DNA of 64,000 nt from Eledone cirrhosa (GCA_964016885.1 OZ024742.1:338582001-338646000); one strand, 5' to 3'; shown: positions 13,170-26,262, numbered from the stretch's first letter. The notes: a model not told the origin generated them from the letters alone. Made by a program: numbers and translations.

Positions 13170-13460
13170 GATCTCCCTATTATGAGCAAAAGGGGGCCCA
13201 TGCGCTGGCCTCCCAGCAGCCCAGGCGGTCGGAATAGAGGATGGTGAGGGAGACGCACTGGAAAATCCATTCCGGCTTGCGAGGTTCACCCCTGTGGATA
13301 GCCAACTCTGTGCCGATGGTGGTGAGTTGGGAGGTAGCCCTAGGGCCAAGGACACCAGAAGTCTCCATTGCTAAGGGCTCAACAACAAACCTGTTAAAAA
13401 GCAACCGATATTTGGAGAGTTTACGCTCCTTAGCCCAAAGTGCAGCAGAGCCTGTGTTAA
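13170..13460 (-). mobile_element. CRE-like non-LTR element, 3' endonuclease fragment
   Basis: ERKLSKY..PLAMETSGVLGP..RGEPR..WIFQCVSL resembles the C-terminus of the 38440-40580 type of element. Confidence 0.65.
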
Positions 13461-14219
13461 TTAAAACTTTTACACTAGCTTTTACCTCTATGGCAGTAGG
13501 ATCTTGTTTGAGGGAGATTTGTTTTCTATTTCTTTTAGGTACACCAACAGTTATAGTGGCTTCCATGACATACATACATACACATGCATGTTTGTGTGTG
13601 TAAGACTATTCGCTGTGATTTGAAATGGATTTTGCTGATATTTCTAGTAAATCAAGGTGTCACATACAACCTTTCCTTTTTGCTTCATATATATATAAAT
13701 ACATGAGACAGTAGACTGGGATATATATGGCTCTAACTTAAGTATGGTGATAAACACACACACACACTTGTCTCTAATTTAAGAACGCCGAGACACACAT
13801 GCACGCGCGTGCACACACACACATGCTCACATACACACAGAGTCTCATTACGACTTTTGTGTGTGAGAGAGAGAAGTTACGTTAAGAAAGGAGTTAGTTA
13901 AGAAGCATTTAAAAAATAAATAAAAGTTAGTTATCGAACTATGTTATCATTTTTCTGCTTTCTTTCTCTGTCTTCCCTAATCCCCCTCTCTCTTTTTCAT
14001 TCTCTCTCCTCCCCTCTCTTTCTCTCTTTCTCTACAGAATGAAGAACAAAAGACAAATAAGTTGTTGCCTCGTTTTGGAGGATTGAGTTGTGGGAGGAGA
14101 AAGGGGAGTAGTAGGAGGGAGAGTTTAATGTCCCCAGGGGTTCCATTATTGAAATATCCAGGTGTAGTTTCTGCATCTTGATTTAAAGTCTAAAGAGTGC
14201 TCAACCGAGGGAGCCAAAA

Positions 14220-16010
14220 AGTTCTATAAAGGATTCAAATGCCGTGCACGTCCACACCGACAAAACTGGTAATCTACACCAAGTGGAGCGTAGTACGTAC
14301 CATCAACTGCTACATAATGCTGTAACCAAGGATTACCGGAAAACCGATTGGAGTGTTATTAATGACATCAACGATGCTAGGTTTAAAATCACTTTAGAAC
14401 TCAACATCCGGGACCGGACCGAACCTCTGGACTCTATTTCTCCCCACTTTACCCTGAAGGATCACAAACCCAATTTCGCTAACAACCCATCTATTCGGCT
14501 CATTAACCCCACGAAGTCTGATTCAGGTAGACTCAGTAAAAGAATTTTAGATAGAATTATATCCGAAATTAGAAGCTTGGCCCCTCTTGCCCCGTAGAAT
14601 CATTCTTTCGCCGTGATTAATTGGTTTAATGGCATATGTAACAAGGAACATTGCCATTTTATCCAATTTGACATAAACAACTACTACTCTTCCATCACTT
14701 TATCACTCCTTCTTAGAGCTATGAATTTCGCGAAAACGCTCACGGTGGTTAAGGATTTCGAAGTTGATGTCATCTGAAATGCCTGTAAGGCAGTGATTAA
14801 TTTCGACGACTCTATTTGGATAAAAAAATCTAATAGTACCCCATTCGACGTGAGTATAGGCGCCAGTGATTCGGTGGAGGTTACTGATCTTATCGGCCTA
14901 TTCCTACTTTTCTCTATCAAGGAAGAATTCCCTAATGTAGACGGAGGCCTTTACCACGATGACCGTCTTTTGACCATGACCAAGTGCGGTCTCCGCGCTT
15001 GCGACAGGTTTAGGAAAGAATTCACAGCTTTCTTTAACGGATACAACTAGAGGCCAACCTTTCTGTTGTAAACTACCTCAACGTAACACTCAACTTGTCG
15101 AATGGCTCGCACTATCCGTATAGAAAGCCGAATGATACGCTTAATTACATCAGTAAGCATTCTAACCATCCAGCCAGCATAACCAAGAACCTGGTAAGAA
15201 ACGTTTCATTGAGGCTTTCTCGTCTATCAACAAACGAGCCTATTTTCACCGATAATTCGACATATTACAATAAAGCTCTAGCTCGGAGTGGATTTGTTGA
15301 TAAGGTAGAATATACTAAGTATGAGCATAAACCTAGGAAAAATAGATGCCAACACATTATATGGTATAACCCACCATATAATATGGAGGTGGCCACAACT
15401 TTAGCTAAAAATCTTTCTCTGTCTAATTAAGAAGCATTGCCCCTCAGCACATAAATATAATAACATTTTTAATAGAAATACCGTTAAAATATCTTACTCC
15501 ACGACTCCTAACTTTGCACAACATTACTGCATCAAATTTAGCCAAATTACCTAGCCGTAGTAACACTAACAACCCTGTAGCTAGTACTAACTGTAATTGT
15601 AGGAATTGGAAAGACTGCCCTCTATCCGGGAAATGCCTCTCCAGTAGTATTGTTTACAAATATAAGGTAGACACCCCCACGTCTAGTAGGGCCAGGGTTA
15701 ACCGCCAATAGATTCAAGCAGCGTTTTTACATGCACAACCATTCTTTTCTTAACCCTTTAAGAAGGAACATGACGTCACTTTCGGCTTATATCTGGAGTC
15801 TAAAAGACAACCACACCCAATATAGGTTACACTGGGAGATAGATCCTAGCTAAAGCTAGATCGTATAACGGAAACAATAGACCATGTGATCATGGAGCCG
15901 CTGAAGCCCTGGAAATACTCTACGCCAATGATCAAATTTTAAACAAAAAATCTGAAGCAATTTCGGCTTGTAAACACAAATTGAATAAAACCTTCCTGTA
16001 TTACAGCTCC
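14220..16010 (+). mobile_element. Degraded Penelope-like element
   Basis: DKTGNL, LKDHKPNF, IGASDSVEVTDLIG, LYHDD, SNHP, IIWYNPPY, CNCRNWKDCPL; multiple stops and frameshifts. Confidence 0.9.
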
Positions 16011-16249
16011 ACATTATACCCTAACGGATAGTACGGACAATACGCTGATAAATTACGTCTTGATGTGGTAGCTTTATACCATTACTTATTTGTATAGGTA
16101 AGTATACCTTACCTGTATGTTCGTGCAGGTTGTATACTTTTCCGTACATATATATGCTTGTATTTGTTATAGGTGTATATTATATATACGTGTATGTGTG
16201 TATATGTTTATGTGTATTATGTGTGTGTGTATATGTTTATGTGTATTAT

Positions 16250-16281
<32 letters not shown>

Positions 16282-16304
16282 TATATATATAAATAGTATC
16301 CTCA

Positions 16305-17103
16305 TCATCATCATCATCATCATCATCATCGTTTAACGTCCATCTTCCACGATTGCATGGGTTTGGACGGGAGTTTTCCCACTTGAGGCAAGATTGGTTG
16401 TCTTGCTCGTATAGGACTATCTGGCGGATTTTCTACGGCTGGATGCCCTTCCTAACACCAACCACGTTTACAGTGTGGACTGGGAGGTTTTTACCGTGTT
16501 ACCTACACGGCCACATTACAGCGTGGACTGTGTGTTTTTTTTTCGCGACACCTACACAACCTCATTTATTTCAGACTGGATGTTGTGGTACCAACATAAC
16601 TTTACGTTGAAAGGGGTGGTGTGGATGGGGTGGGGAGGGGGTGTATTTTTGTTAGAGGTGCCTACTGACTGTAGGTTTCGCTTTGCACTTAGGCAAGGCG
16701 GGTCTTCTGTATTACTGTGTAGCGCCAATGATCTCGGTCCAGTGACATTGTCTTGGAGAGGTGTAAGTGTGTGAGGTCGGAATTTATCAAGTCGTCCCAG
16801 GTTTTTCTGGGTCTGCCTACTCCGTGGCTACCGTCTATTTTTATCGTCCTGCACTTTTTTATACAGCTGTCATCTTTCATGCGCATCACGTGACCGTACC
16901 AACGTAGTCTTCTCGAGTAAACAGCATCTGATCCCTCTTATTCCTAATTTTTCCCTTAGTTCGTTTATGCTTTGCCGTTCACGTATATTACTATTACACA
17001 TCCAGCGGAGCATGCAGGCTTCATTCCTCTCCAGTCTGCGTATATCCTCTGCACACAATGCCCAGGTCTCACTGCCATGTAACATTGTTGTTCGTATGCA
17101 GGC
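16305..17103 (-). mobile_element. RTE-clade LINE 3' end with (GAT)n tail
   Basis: HGSETW..MLRWM..GRPRKTW, then a 3'UTR ending ggacgttaaacgatgatg. Confidence 0.9.
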
Positions 17104-17471
17104 ATATATATATAAATATATATATATAAATATACACATATATATATATACATATACATATATATATATTTATATATATTTATTTATATATATATATATA
17201 TAAATATATACATATATAAATATATATATATATATACATATATAAATATATATATATATATACATATATAAATATATATATATATATACATATATAAATA
17301 TATATATATATACATATATATATATTTATTTATATATATATATATATAAATATATACATATATAAATATATATATATATACATATATAAATATATATATA
17401 TATACATATATATTTATATATATATATATATATAAATATATATATATATACTTATATATATATTTATATAT

Positions 17472-17502
<31 letters not shown>

Positions 17503-17516
17503 CTTATATATATATT

Positions 17517-17567
<51 letters not shown>

Positions 17568-17656
17568 ATATATATATATATACTTATATATATATATATA
17601 TATCAATATATATATATATACTTATATATATATATATATCAATATATATATATATA

Positions 17657-17689
<33 letters not shown>

Positions 17690-17811
17690 TTATATATATA
17701 TACATATATAAATATATATATATATACACATATAAATATATATATATATACTTATATATATATACATATATAAATATATATATATATACATATATACATA
17801 TACATATATAA

Positions 17812-17842
<31 letters not shown>

Positions 17843-17845
17843 CAA

Positions 17846-17878
<33 letters not shown>

Positions 17879-17988
17879 ATATTATATATTATATATATAT
17901 ATATATTATATATATATATATTATATATATATATTATATATATATATATTATATATATATATTATATATATATTATATATATATATAT
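17104..17988. repeat. Long compound (TA)n-derived tract with internal higher-order repeats
   Basis: Seen directly. Confidence 0.95.
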
Positions 17989-19268
17989 CATCATCATCAT
18001 CATCATCATCAGGTTTAGCGTCCGTGTTCCACGCTTGCATGGGTTTGGACGGGGGTTTTCCCACTTGAGGCAAGAGTGGTTGTCTTGCTCGCATAGGACT
18101 GTCTGGCGGGTTTTCTACAGTTGGATGCCCTTCCTAACACCAACCACATTTACAGTGTGGGGCTGGGAGGTTTTTACCGTGTTGCCTACATGGCCACATT
18201 TACAGCGTGGACTGTGTGTTTTTTGTCGTGACACCTACACGATCTCATTTGTTTCGGCCTGGATGTTGTGGGACCAACATTACTTTACATTGAAAGGGGC
18301 GGTGTGGGTGGGGTGGAGGTGGTGGGACGGGGGTGTGTTTTGATAGAGATGCCTACTGACTGTAGTAGGTTTTTACTTCGTATTTAGGTAAGGCGGATCT
18401 TCTCTATTACTGAGTACCGCCAAAGGTCTCGGTCCAGTGACATTGTCTTGGAGAGGTGTAAGCGTGTGAGGTCGGAATTTATCAGCTCGTCCCATGTTTT
18501 TCTGGGTCTGCCTACTCCGTGGCTACCGTCTATCTTTATTGCCCTGCACTTTGTTATACAGCTGTCGTCTTTCATGCGCATCACGTGACCGTACCAACGT
18601 AGCCTTCTCTCGAGTAAACAACATCTGATCCCTCTTATTTCTAATTTTTTCCTTAGTTCGTTTATGCTTTGCCGTTCACGTATATTACTATTGCACATCC
18701 AGCGGAGCATGCAAGCTTCGTTCCTCTCTAGTCTGCGTATATCCTCTGCACACAATGCCCAGGTCTCACTGCCATGCAGCATTGCTGTTCGTATGCAGGC
18801 ATCGTATAACCTGCCTTTCATTTTTAGGGAGAACCCTCTAGCGGCTAATAGTGGTATAAGCTCTCTGAACTTTTTCCATCCAGTTCTGACTCTAGCTACT
18901 GTACTTTCAGAGCACCCTCCCCCACTGCTGATTTTGTCACCCAGATAACGGAAGCTGTCCACTATTTCTATAGAACCCTCTGCGCAGTTGAAGGAGCTAG
19001 TATTTTGTGGGCACTTGCTGCTACTTATTGCACCAGAGCACCGGCCACATGTAAAATCTATGTTCTTAGTTAGCTTACCTGTGATCCCACTACATCTTTT
19101 ATGCACCCATACTTTGCATTTGGGACATAAAATGGAGTTTCTACCTACGCCTTTCCTACACACTGAGCATGGCCATTTCCCAGATGGGACCGCTGCCTTA
19201 TTTTCTTTCCTACAAACTAGAACTTTAGTCTTAGCCAGGTTAATTTTAAGGCCTTTTGATTCTAGGCC
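17989..19268 (-). mobile_element. RTE-clade LINE 3' portion
   Basis: 259-aa ORF 18384-19163 with a PHD-like CxxC..CxxC..HxxC..CxxC, YLG, HGSETW and RLRWYGHV; (GAT)n tail. Confidence 0.92.
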
Positions 19269-19297
19269 ATATATATATATATTATATATATATATAT

Positions 19298-19329
<32 letters not shown>

Positions 19330-19385
19330 ATATGTATATATATACATTTATATATATATATATATATTTATGTATATATATAATA

Positions 19386-19425
<40 letters not shown>

Positions 19426-19428
<3 letters not shown>

Positions 19429-19543
19429 AGAAAAAGAGATGAAATCGAAAATGCAACTGGAGTCTTATTTTTTTTAAAAATATATATATTTAAAAAAAAA
19501 ATAAGACTCCAGTTGCATTTTCGATTTCATCTATTTTTCTTTA
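19426..19543. repeat. Foldback inverted repeat
   Basis: aaagaaaaagagatgaaatcgaaaatgcaactggagtcttattttt is mirrored across a TA spacer. The same motif recurs at 51136-51200. Confidence 0.85.
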
Positions 19544-19610
19544 TACTTTCACTCGTGTAGGACACCTCGGTTATTTGTCATTTTGTAAAAAAAAACCTCA
19601 CTTTCTAATA

Positions 19611-19657
<47 letters not shown>

Positions 19658-19748
19658 ATATAAGATCAAAAGATGGTTAAAAGAGTTCCATGTATTTTAT
19701 TATGCGCATTTCAAAAACAAATATCATCATGAGATGATATATATATAT

Positions 19749-19821
<73 letters not shown>

Positions 19822-19872
19822 CATATACAAATATATATATATATATATATATACAAATATATATATATATAT

Positions 19873-21520
19873 CGGGATATAGTTGCTGATATGCTGAAGG
19901 CATCAGGGGACGTAGGCACTAAACTGGTTGCACGCATCATCAATCAGGCTATATATGGTGGTGACATACCCAAAGACTGGTGCAGCAGTTTTCTTATAAA
20001 TTGCTACAAAGGTAAAGGGGATGCTCTGGAGAGGACCAATTATAGGGGTATAAAACTGATGGATCAGGTTATGAAAGTGGCAGAAAGGATATTAGCACAA
20101 CTAATTAGAGAAAGGGTCAAACTAGATGAGATGCAGTTTGGTTTTGTGCCTGTGAAAAGTACAACAGATGCCCTCTTCTTGGTGAGACCACTACAAGAGA
20201 GGTTCTTAGAGAAGAATAAGCCACTATACTTAGCCTTTGTTGACCTAGAGAAGGCCTTTGGTAGGGTACCCCGATCTGTCATCTGGTGGTCCCTAAGGAA
20301 ACTAGGTGTTGAAGAATGGCTTGTGAGGACAGTGCAAACTTTGTACAGAGGTACTGTCAGTAAAGTCAGGGTAGGAATGGAGTTTAGTGAGGAATTCCAG
20401 ATACAAGTAGGAGTACATCAAGGTTCGGTCCTCAGCCCGCTCTTGTTCATTATAGTCCTCCAAGCCATAACAGAGGAGTTTAAGACTGGCTGTCCATGGG
20501 AACTTCTCTATGCTGACGATCTGGTTCTTATAGCAGAATCAGTAGAGGAGCTAGAGAATAAATTCTGGCTATGGAAACAGCAGTCGGAAGCAAGAGGACT
20601 GAGAGTGAACCTAGCTAAGACAAAAGTGTTGATGAGTAGAAAAGAGGACAAAACTCTGATTCCATCAAGGAAATGGCCATGTTCGATATGCAGAAAAGAA
20701 ACTGGCATAAATTCTATAAAATGCACACAATGCAGATCCTGGGTACACAAGAGATGTAGTGGGATAACAGGCAAACTAACAGATAAGGAGAAATACGTAT
20801 GCAGTAGATGTACAGGGAAATTAGACAGTAGAAGTCGCATTGATAGACACATTTTTCAAATGCAGGCGGGTGCTATAGAAGTGGTGGATAGCTTCCGGTA
20901 CCTAGGAGATCAGATTAGCATGGGAGAGGGGGTGCTCCGATACCAAAGTATCTAGAATAAGGACGGGTTGGAAGAACTTTAGGGAGCTGCTTCCTCTGTT
21001 GACAAAGAAGGGTTTCTCTCTGCGTATGAAAAGCCGGTTATATGATGCCGGTGTGAGGAGCGCGATGCTGCATGGTAGTGAGACATGGGCAGCAACTACA
21101 GATGATATGCAACAGCTGGAGAGAAATGAAGCAAGCATGCTCCGTTGGATGTACAATGTCAATGTGTGTGAATGACCAAACATAGATGAGTTGAGATAGA
21201 AACTGTGTATAAGACGGATAAGTTGTGGTGTGCAGGAGAGAAGACTGAAATGGTATGGACATGTGATGCGCATGGAGGATGACCGCTGGGTAAAGAAGTG
21301 CCAACAAATCTCAGCAGAAGGAAGACGCAGTAGAGGAAGACCACGAACAACATGGGTGGAGGTGGTGAGAGCAGACCTCAGATCGCTGAAGCTCACAGAG
21401 ACTGTGACAAGAAGCTCAAAGGACTGTGACAAGTGGAGAGATGCTGTGCTGAATAGGACCCGTCCCACCCCTGCAAGCAGGGAAAAGCGGATGTAAAATG
21501 ATGACGATGATGATGATGAT
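19873..21520 (+). mobile_element. RTE-clade LINE, 5'-truncated (second subfamily)
   Basis: YKGKGD..NYRGIKL, QFGF, FVDLEKAF, GVHQGSVLSP, YADD, PHD-like insert, RLKWYGHV, (GAT)n tail. Confidence 0.93.
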
Positions 21521-21934
21521 ATATATATATATATTTATATATGCATGTGTATATATATGTGTGTATATATATCTGTGTGTGTATGTATATATATATATTA
21601 TATATATAAAACCAGCACTATGTAGACTTATATTGTATTGAAACATGCGTTAAAGAATGAACTTTTGATAAAATTCTTCACTTCATGCCTAGTGTTTATT
21701 TTTCCTATACATTAAAAAAAATATATATATATATAGACACGCATTCATATATACAGACACACAGACACTTATCTTATGTAATTTGTAAGCAATAGCGTCA
21801 GACAGTACAAGCTTCCAACAGGCCAATAACTGGTTCGTGAAGCAGGAGCGACAAGGAGCTTCAGTAATCTGGGGAACTAGAATCGAAGAACACCGTTTTT
21901 ACACCTATGTTTACATTTTTCGCCGGTATCATTA

Positions 21935-22590
21935 ATAATTGTTTCTACTATTGGCACAAGGCCAGAAAATTACCCAGTACATTACTGGTACTTTATTTTA
22001 TCGACCCCGTAAGGATGAAAGGCAAAGTTAACCTCGGCGGGATTTGAACTCAGAATGGCAAGGGCCGTAACTCTATGCGTCAAAGCATGGTATCATTAAT
22101 AATTATTATTAATCTGGGTTGACTTTGCCTTTCATCCTTACGGGGTCGATAAAATAAAGTACCAGTAATGCACTGGGTAATTGCTGGCCTTGTGCCTAAA
22201 GTAGAAACAATTATTAATCTGGGTGGATTGGCAGTAGAGGGTCGGACGCCATGCTTTCCAGCATAGTTACGTCCCTTTACGATCTGAGTTCAAATCCCGC
22301 CGAGGTTGACTTTGCCTTTCATCCTTACGGGGTCGATAAAATAAAAAGTACCAGTAAAGCACTGGGTAATTGCTGGCCTTGTGCCTAAAGTAGAAACAAT
22401 TATTAATCTGAATTGGCAGAGGGACGCCATGCTTTGTAGCAAAGAGTTACGGCCCTTTATAGTCTGAGCTCAAACCTCACCGTGGTTAACTTTGCCTTTC
22501 ATCCTTACGGGGTCGATAAAATAAAGTACCAGTAATGTACTGGGGGTAATTGCTGGCCTTGTGCAAAAAGTAGAAACAATTATTAATCTG
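21935..22590. mobile_element. Cluster of four tRNA-SINE copies (one -, three + in tandem)
   Basis: Copies at ~21935-22092 (-), 22116-22215, 22221-22405 and 22411-22585 (+). B-box-like gagttcaaatcc and (ATT)n tails. Confidence 0.88.
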
Positions 22591-23392
22591 TCCAGTTCAG
22601 TGATCAATTTATACATACATTCATATTGTATATATCCGTATAAATATATATACATGTGTGTGAATCCATTTAATTTTTTTATCAACATATCTAATCATGC
22701 CCCTCTCTTTTTTTAGACCTTTCCTCTACTTTCCCATACAGTCAGATCTGCCCTTTTTTTTTACCCCTTCCCCATTTTCTCATTACTTAATTTTGTTTTT
22801 ATCTTTTTCATATTTATGTAATTATCAATGGTATTTTTAAGCCAATTTTGTGAGCGAAACATGATTTGTACAACTGTGTTATTTATACAACTGTAAATAA
22901 AGTTGAAGGATTGAAATGATAGTATAGCAGCTACAGAGAAACATTCATATATACCGACCGGGGTAGAAGCTGCTAAATGTTCGGTCGTCTGATTTTCAGC
23001 CCCATGGATTTTGTCTATTTTATTCCTTTGTTATATTTCGAATACGTGATGATGTCACCGGATTCATACTGAACCCGGTCAGTGAAATGATCATAGTATA
23101 ATAAACCTTTTAAGGAATTACCAGTCCAGCCTCCTGTTTTTTTATAATAATTAACTCCGTACTCGCACCACCAACTACACAAACGAAGATGGGTGAGTTG
23201 CATTACGTTGAGTGCTTTCCATAATATTACATCGAGGTTTACAATACGGAATGACCAGTTCTATCCAGTGGGGAACCAACAAACCTAAATAAATAAATAT
23301 ATATATATATATCAAATGAAAAAAACGGAGTTAAAGATTCGCGTTAATCCCCGGTAATTTAATGTGCTCAAGGGTTAAGTACCGGGTTCTTC

Positions 23393-23566
23393 ATAATACA
23401 GTATATATAGAAAAAACCCACAAAAAGGTGTATGTTTTCAATTACGAGGGATAGAGTACCACTAGAGTGAAGAATATATAGACTTTATATTCTTCACTCT
23501 AGTGTTTCTCTACCCCTGGTAATTGAAAACACCTTTTTGTGTTTTCTTCTCATTATACTGTATTAT
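23393..23566. repeat. Imperfect foldback inverted repeat
   Basis: ataatacagtat..cacaaaaaggtg..ttttcaattac..cactagagtgaagaatata is mirrored on the right. Confidence 0.8.
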
Positions 23567-24199
23567 ATATATATATTACACCTCTATTCTTTTAAATATA
23601 TATGTATATATATATATATATATATATAAACATATACACACACATATATATCACCATAATTTAAAAACCTTAATGCAGGACTCATATTAATCCTATATAT
23701 AACCATCATATATAGATATTTAACGATGTTCCACCAAAAATCTGCTAACTATGAAGAGTATATGGCAAAAACCCCTCTCTTGTTCGATGGGAAATATTTC
23801 CCCCGTTTTTCACACACACACACATATATATATACACAGTTACATTCGACATTGCTTGGAAGATGACTCAGTTGGTAGAAAATTTCTTTAAAAAAATAGT
23901 ATATATATTTGTCTCTGACACAACGTTTATATTCTTTGTAAAAGAGATACACAGTAAAATAAAGTTAAGATATATATATTTATATGAGCTGTAGGTGTTT
24001 AAAAAAAGATTATTTGACAAGGGAAAGAGAAACGCTTCTTTGTTTCCAGGGCTTCCTGCAGTTGAAACTTATGGAATTTTCATAGTGAAAAAGTGAGTGT
24101 TTAGAAAACACGCTATACACAGTAAAGCATGATATATATATATATATAGTTAAATATTAGACAGGAACAAAAAAACAGAGAGGCAGTACACATGGTAGT

Positions 24200-24270
24200 T
24201 TATTAGGATTACGCTTTTGAGAGTGGAGGGGGGGGCGTTTCGGGCATAAGCCCTTCATCAGGAGAAAAGT
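24200..24270 (-). ncRNA. Hammerhead ribozyme-like motif (stem I degenerate)
   Basis: Minus strand CTGATGA-a-gggc-ttat-gccc-GAAAC-gc...gcGTA. Core and stem II are intact; stem I pairing is not evident. Confidence 0.45.
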
Positions 24271-24763
24271 GGGTAGGAAGAGAGTTCCGAGGGTGTGTAG
24301 GGGGAGTGTTTGGAATACATAAAAAAGGGGGGGACGACGATTTTTTTAGAAGTACAAATAAAAATAAAAATAAAAATAAACAAGTGTGTGTGCAAGCACA
24401 AACATACATTCACGTACAAAAGTAACAACATTTTAACCACTAACAGTCAATATTAATTGAGTTATATAACTGTCACATTATATTTTTTAAATTCATTGTA
24501 CAATAATGACAAAGGAAATTAAATAATCAAATTTTGATTTAAATGTTTTTTCTGTGGATAATATATATATAATAAAGTATATATTTTGATTATATGAATA
24601 TTTTTCATTTGTTAATATTTTGAATAATATATATATATATGGTAATTTCCATGGGTGACAGATTAGTGATATTTTTCACCTGTGATCTTAAAACAATTAT
24701 TACGTATATGGAATGATAATGGTAATTATTTCATTAATTAATCTATGTATGTATTGTTCCTTA

Positions 24764-25558
24764 CTATTTCGCTTTATGCCGTTTCGACCTTGTAGTCTGG
24801 GAAGCCCGCCACAAGAAGCATGAAATGCCGTCTCCGAGAAGGTAGATGCTGACGCCAAACATCCACAGAAGAAGTATGAAAACAAACCTCTGATGATTAC
24901 TTAATACTTGTAGAATAGGGTATACCCAGATACCTTTCTTAAAAGCCAGGTAGAGCACTAGAGCGATGTAAGTGCTAGTATAACCGACCGTGTAAAACAC
25001 CCCACGCACTTTCGAAGGGTACGTATGATGAACGAGGTATTTGTCTAAAAAGAGAAGTACCATAGGTACTGTGTGTAAGATGTGGTTCAACCAGCCAGGT
25101 ATGATATCGTCGAGGAAAACAGGGAACACCAATTCGCGATCGAAATGGTATATCAACCAAAATGTGACCACCACGAAAATTCCTACGGGGAAGGCTATGG
25201 TCGAATGTATGTGATTAATGAGTTTTTGAAGCCGTCTTATTTTGTTTTGGTCGCATACCTTCACATTTCGCCACTTCATGAGATCGAATAAGAGAGATAA
25301 AACGAAATATATAGTCTGTATCCATATATTCCAATAAGTGAGATACTTCATTTTACCCCAAAACGTATTCCAACCGTATTGTATTACAAACGTTTCCATA
25401 TAGGTACCCGATCCCATAATAATAAATCCAAACAGATGAAGAAAACCGGTATATAAAGATAGATTCGATGTTGAAGTAGTTGAAGAAGTAATTGAATGCG
25501 AAGAAGAACTCATGGTTCGATCGGAGTGTGTAGCTTTCCTTTCGCGTTTAACTGCCAT
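24764..25558 (-). CDS. AIG1: Androgen-induced gene 1 / ADTRP (FAR-17a/AIG1 family) multipass membrane Thr hydrolase, single-exon CDS
   Basis: 264 aa with ~6 hydrophobic segments. Family motifs GKMKYLTYWN (catalytic Thr), FVVVTFW..DRELVFP, WLNHILHTVP (catalytic His) and GIWVYPIL. No stops or frameshifts. Confidence 0.92.
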   Translation of the reverse strand: MAVKRERKATHSDRTMSSSSHSITSSTTSTSNLSLYTGFLHLFGFIIMGSGTYMETFVIQYGWNTFWGKMKYLTYWNIWIQTIYFVLSLLFDLMKWRNVKVCDQNKIRRLQKLINHIHSTIAFPVGIFVVVTFWLIYHFDRELVFPVFLDDIIPGWLNHILHTVPMVLLFLDKYLVHHTYPSKVRGVFYTVGYTSTYIALVLYLAFKKGIWVYPILQVLSNHQRFVFILLLWMFGVSIYLLGDGISCFLWRASQTTRSKRHKAK

Positions 25559-26128
25559 TCTATAATGTATTATATATTAATAACCTCGATGTCTTACTTC
25601 TTTCACCGCCACTGTTGTTCTGTGTGTCAGTGACTTGACAGAAAATAGAAAAAAACGTGATTCACAACGAGGTGGTTGGTGCAGCACACATATACATATG
25701 ATTTTTATCGGTCATATACAGAATGTCCCTCAAACATGTATACATACTTCAATAGCATTCTAATAAACATGTGTATACATTTTGGGAATGTATATATATA
25801 TATATGTATATAACAAATCTAAATATCTATCATCTCTGTCTCTGTCCCACTCACTCATTATTAATGTACGCATATCATATTTATTATTAATAATTATACA
25901 CAAGAAATATATACAATATAATATATAAAATTACTAGTTTATTAAAAAAATATAAGGCGTGGATAAGGATGTGTATGAAAATCCACACTAAAACGAATCG
26001 TATTCGTTTCGGTTATGCAGGAAAGCCAAGATAATTTTATAGATTTTTCTATCGGTTTCATTTCTCATTACGCCGCTTCTCCCCAATTATACCCTCCCTC
26101 CTATATATATATACGTTTTCATCAGGTG

Positions 26129-26172
<44 letters not shown>

Positions 26173-26186
26173 AACAATACAATATA

Positions 26187-26262
26187 ATTACCTCATTACC
26201 AGAGGTTTCCCGAATAAGACGAATACGAAAAACGTCCTCATTCGTTCGTCGGACAAGGCAAT
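26187..26262 (-). ncRNA. Type I hammerhead ribozyme (inverted copy)
   Basis: Reverse complement of 26640-26715 with one change at the base of stem II. Confidence 0.65.

Noticed and set aside
23015-23203. 62-aa ORF as a host exon
   Set aside because: No recognisable homology, and an in-frame stop lies between the candidate acceptor and the ORF.
25717-25795. Tiny mariner-like MITE upstream of AIG1
   Set aside because: The inverted match is too short and gapped to call.
25985-26025. GAAAC-hairpin resembling a hammerhead 3' half (also ~8110-8135)
   Set aside because: No correctly placed CUGANGA.
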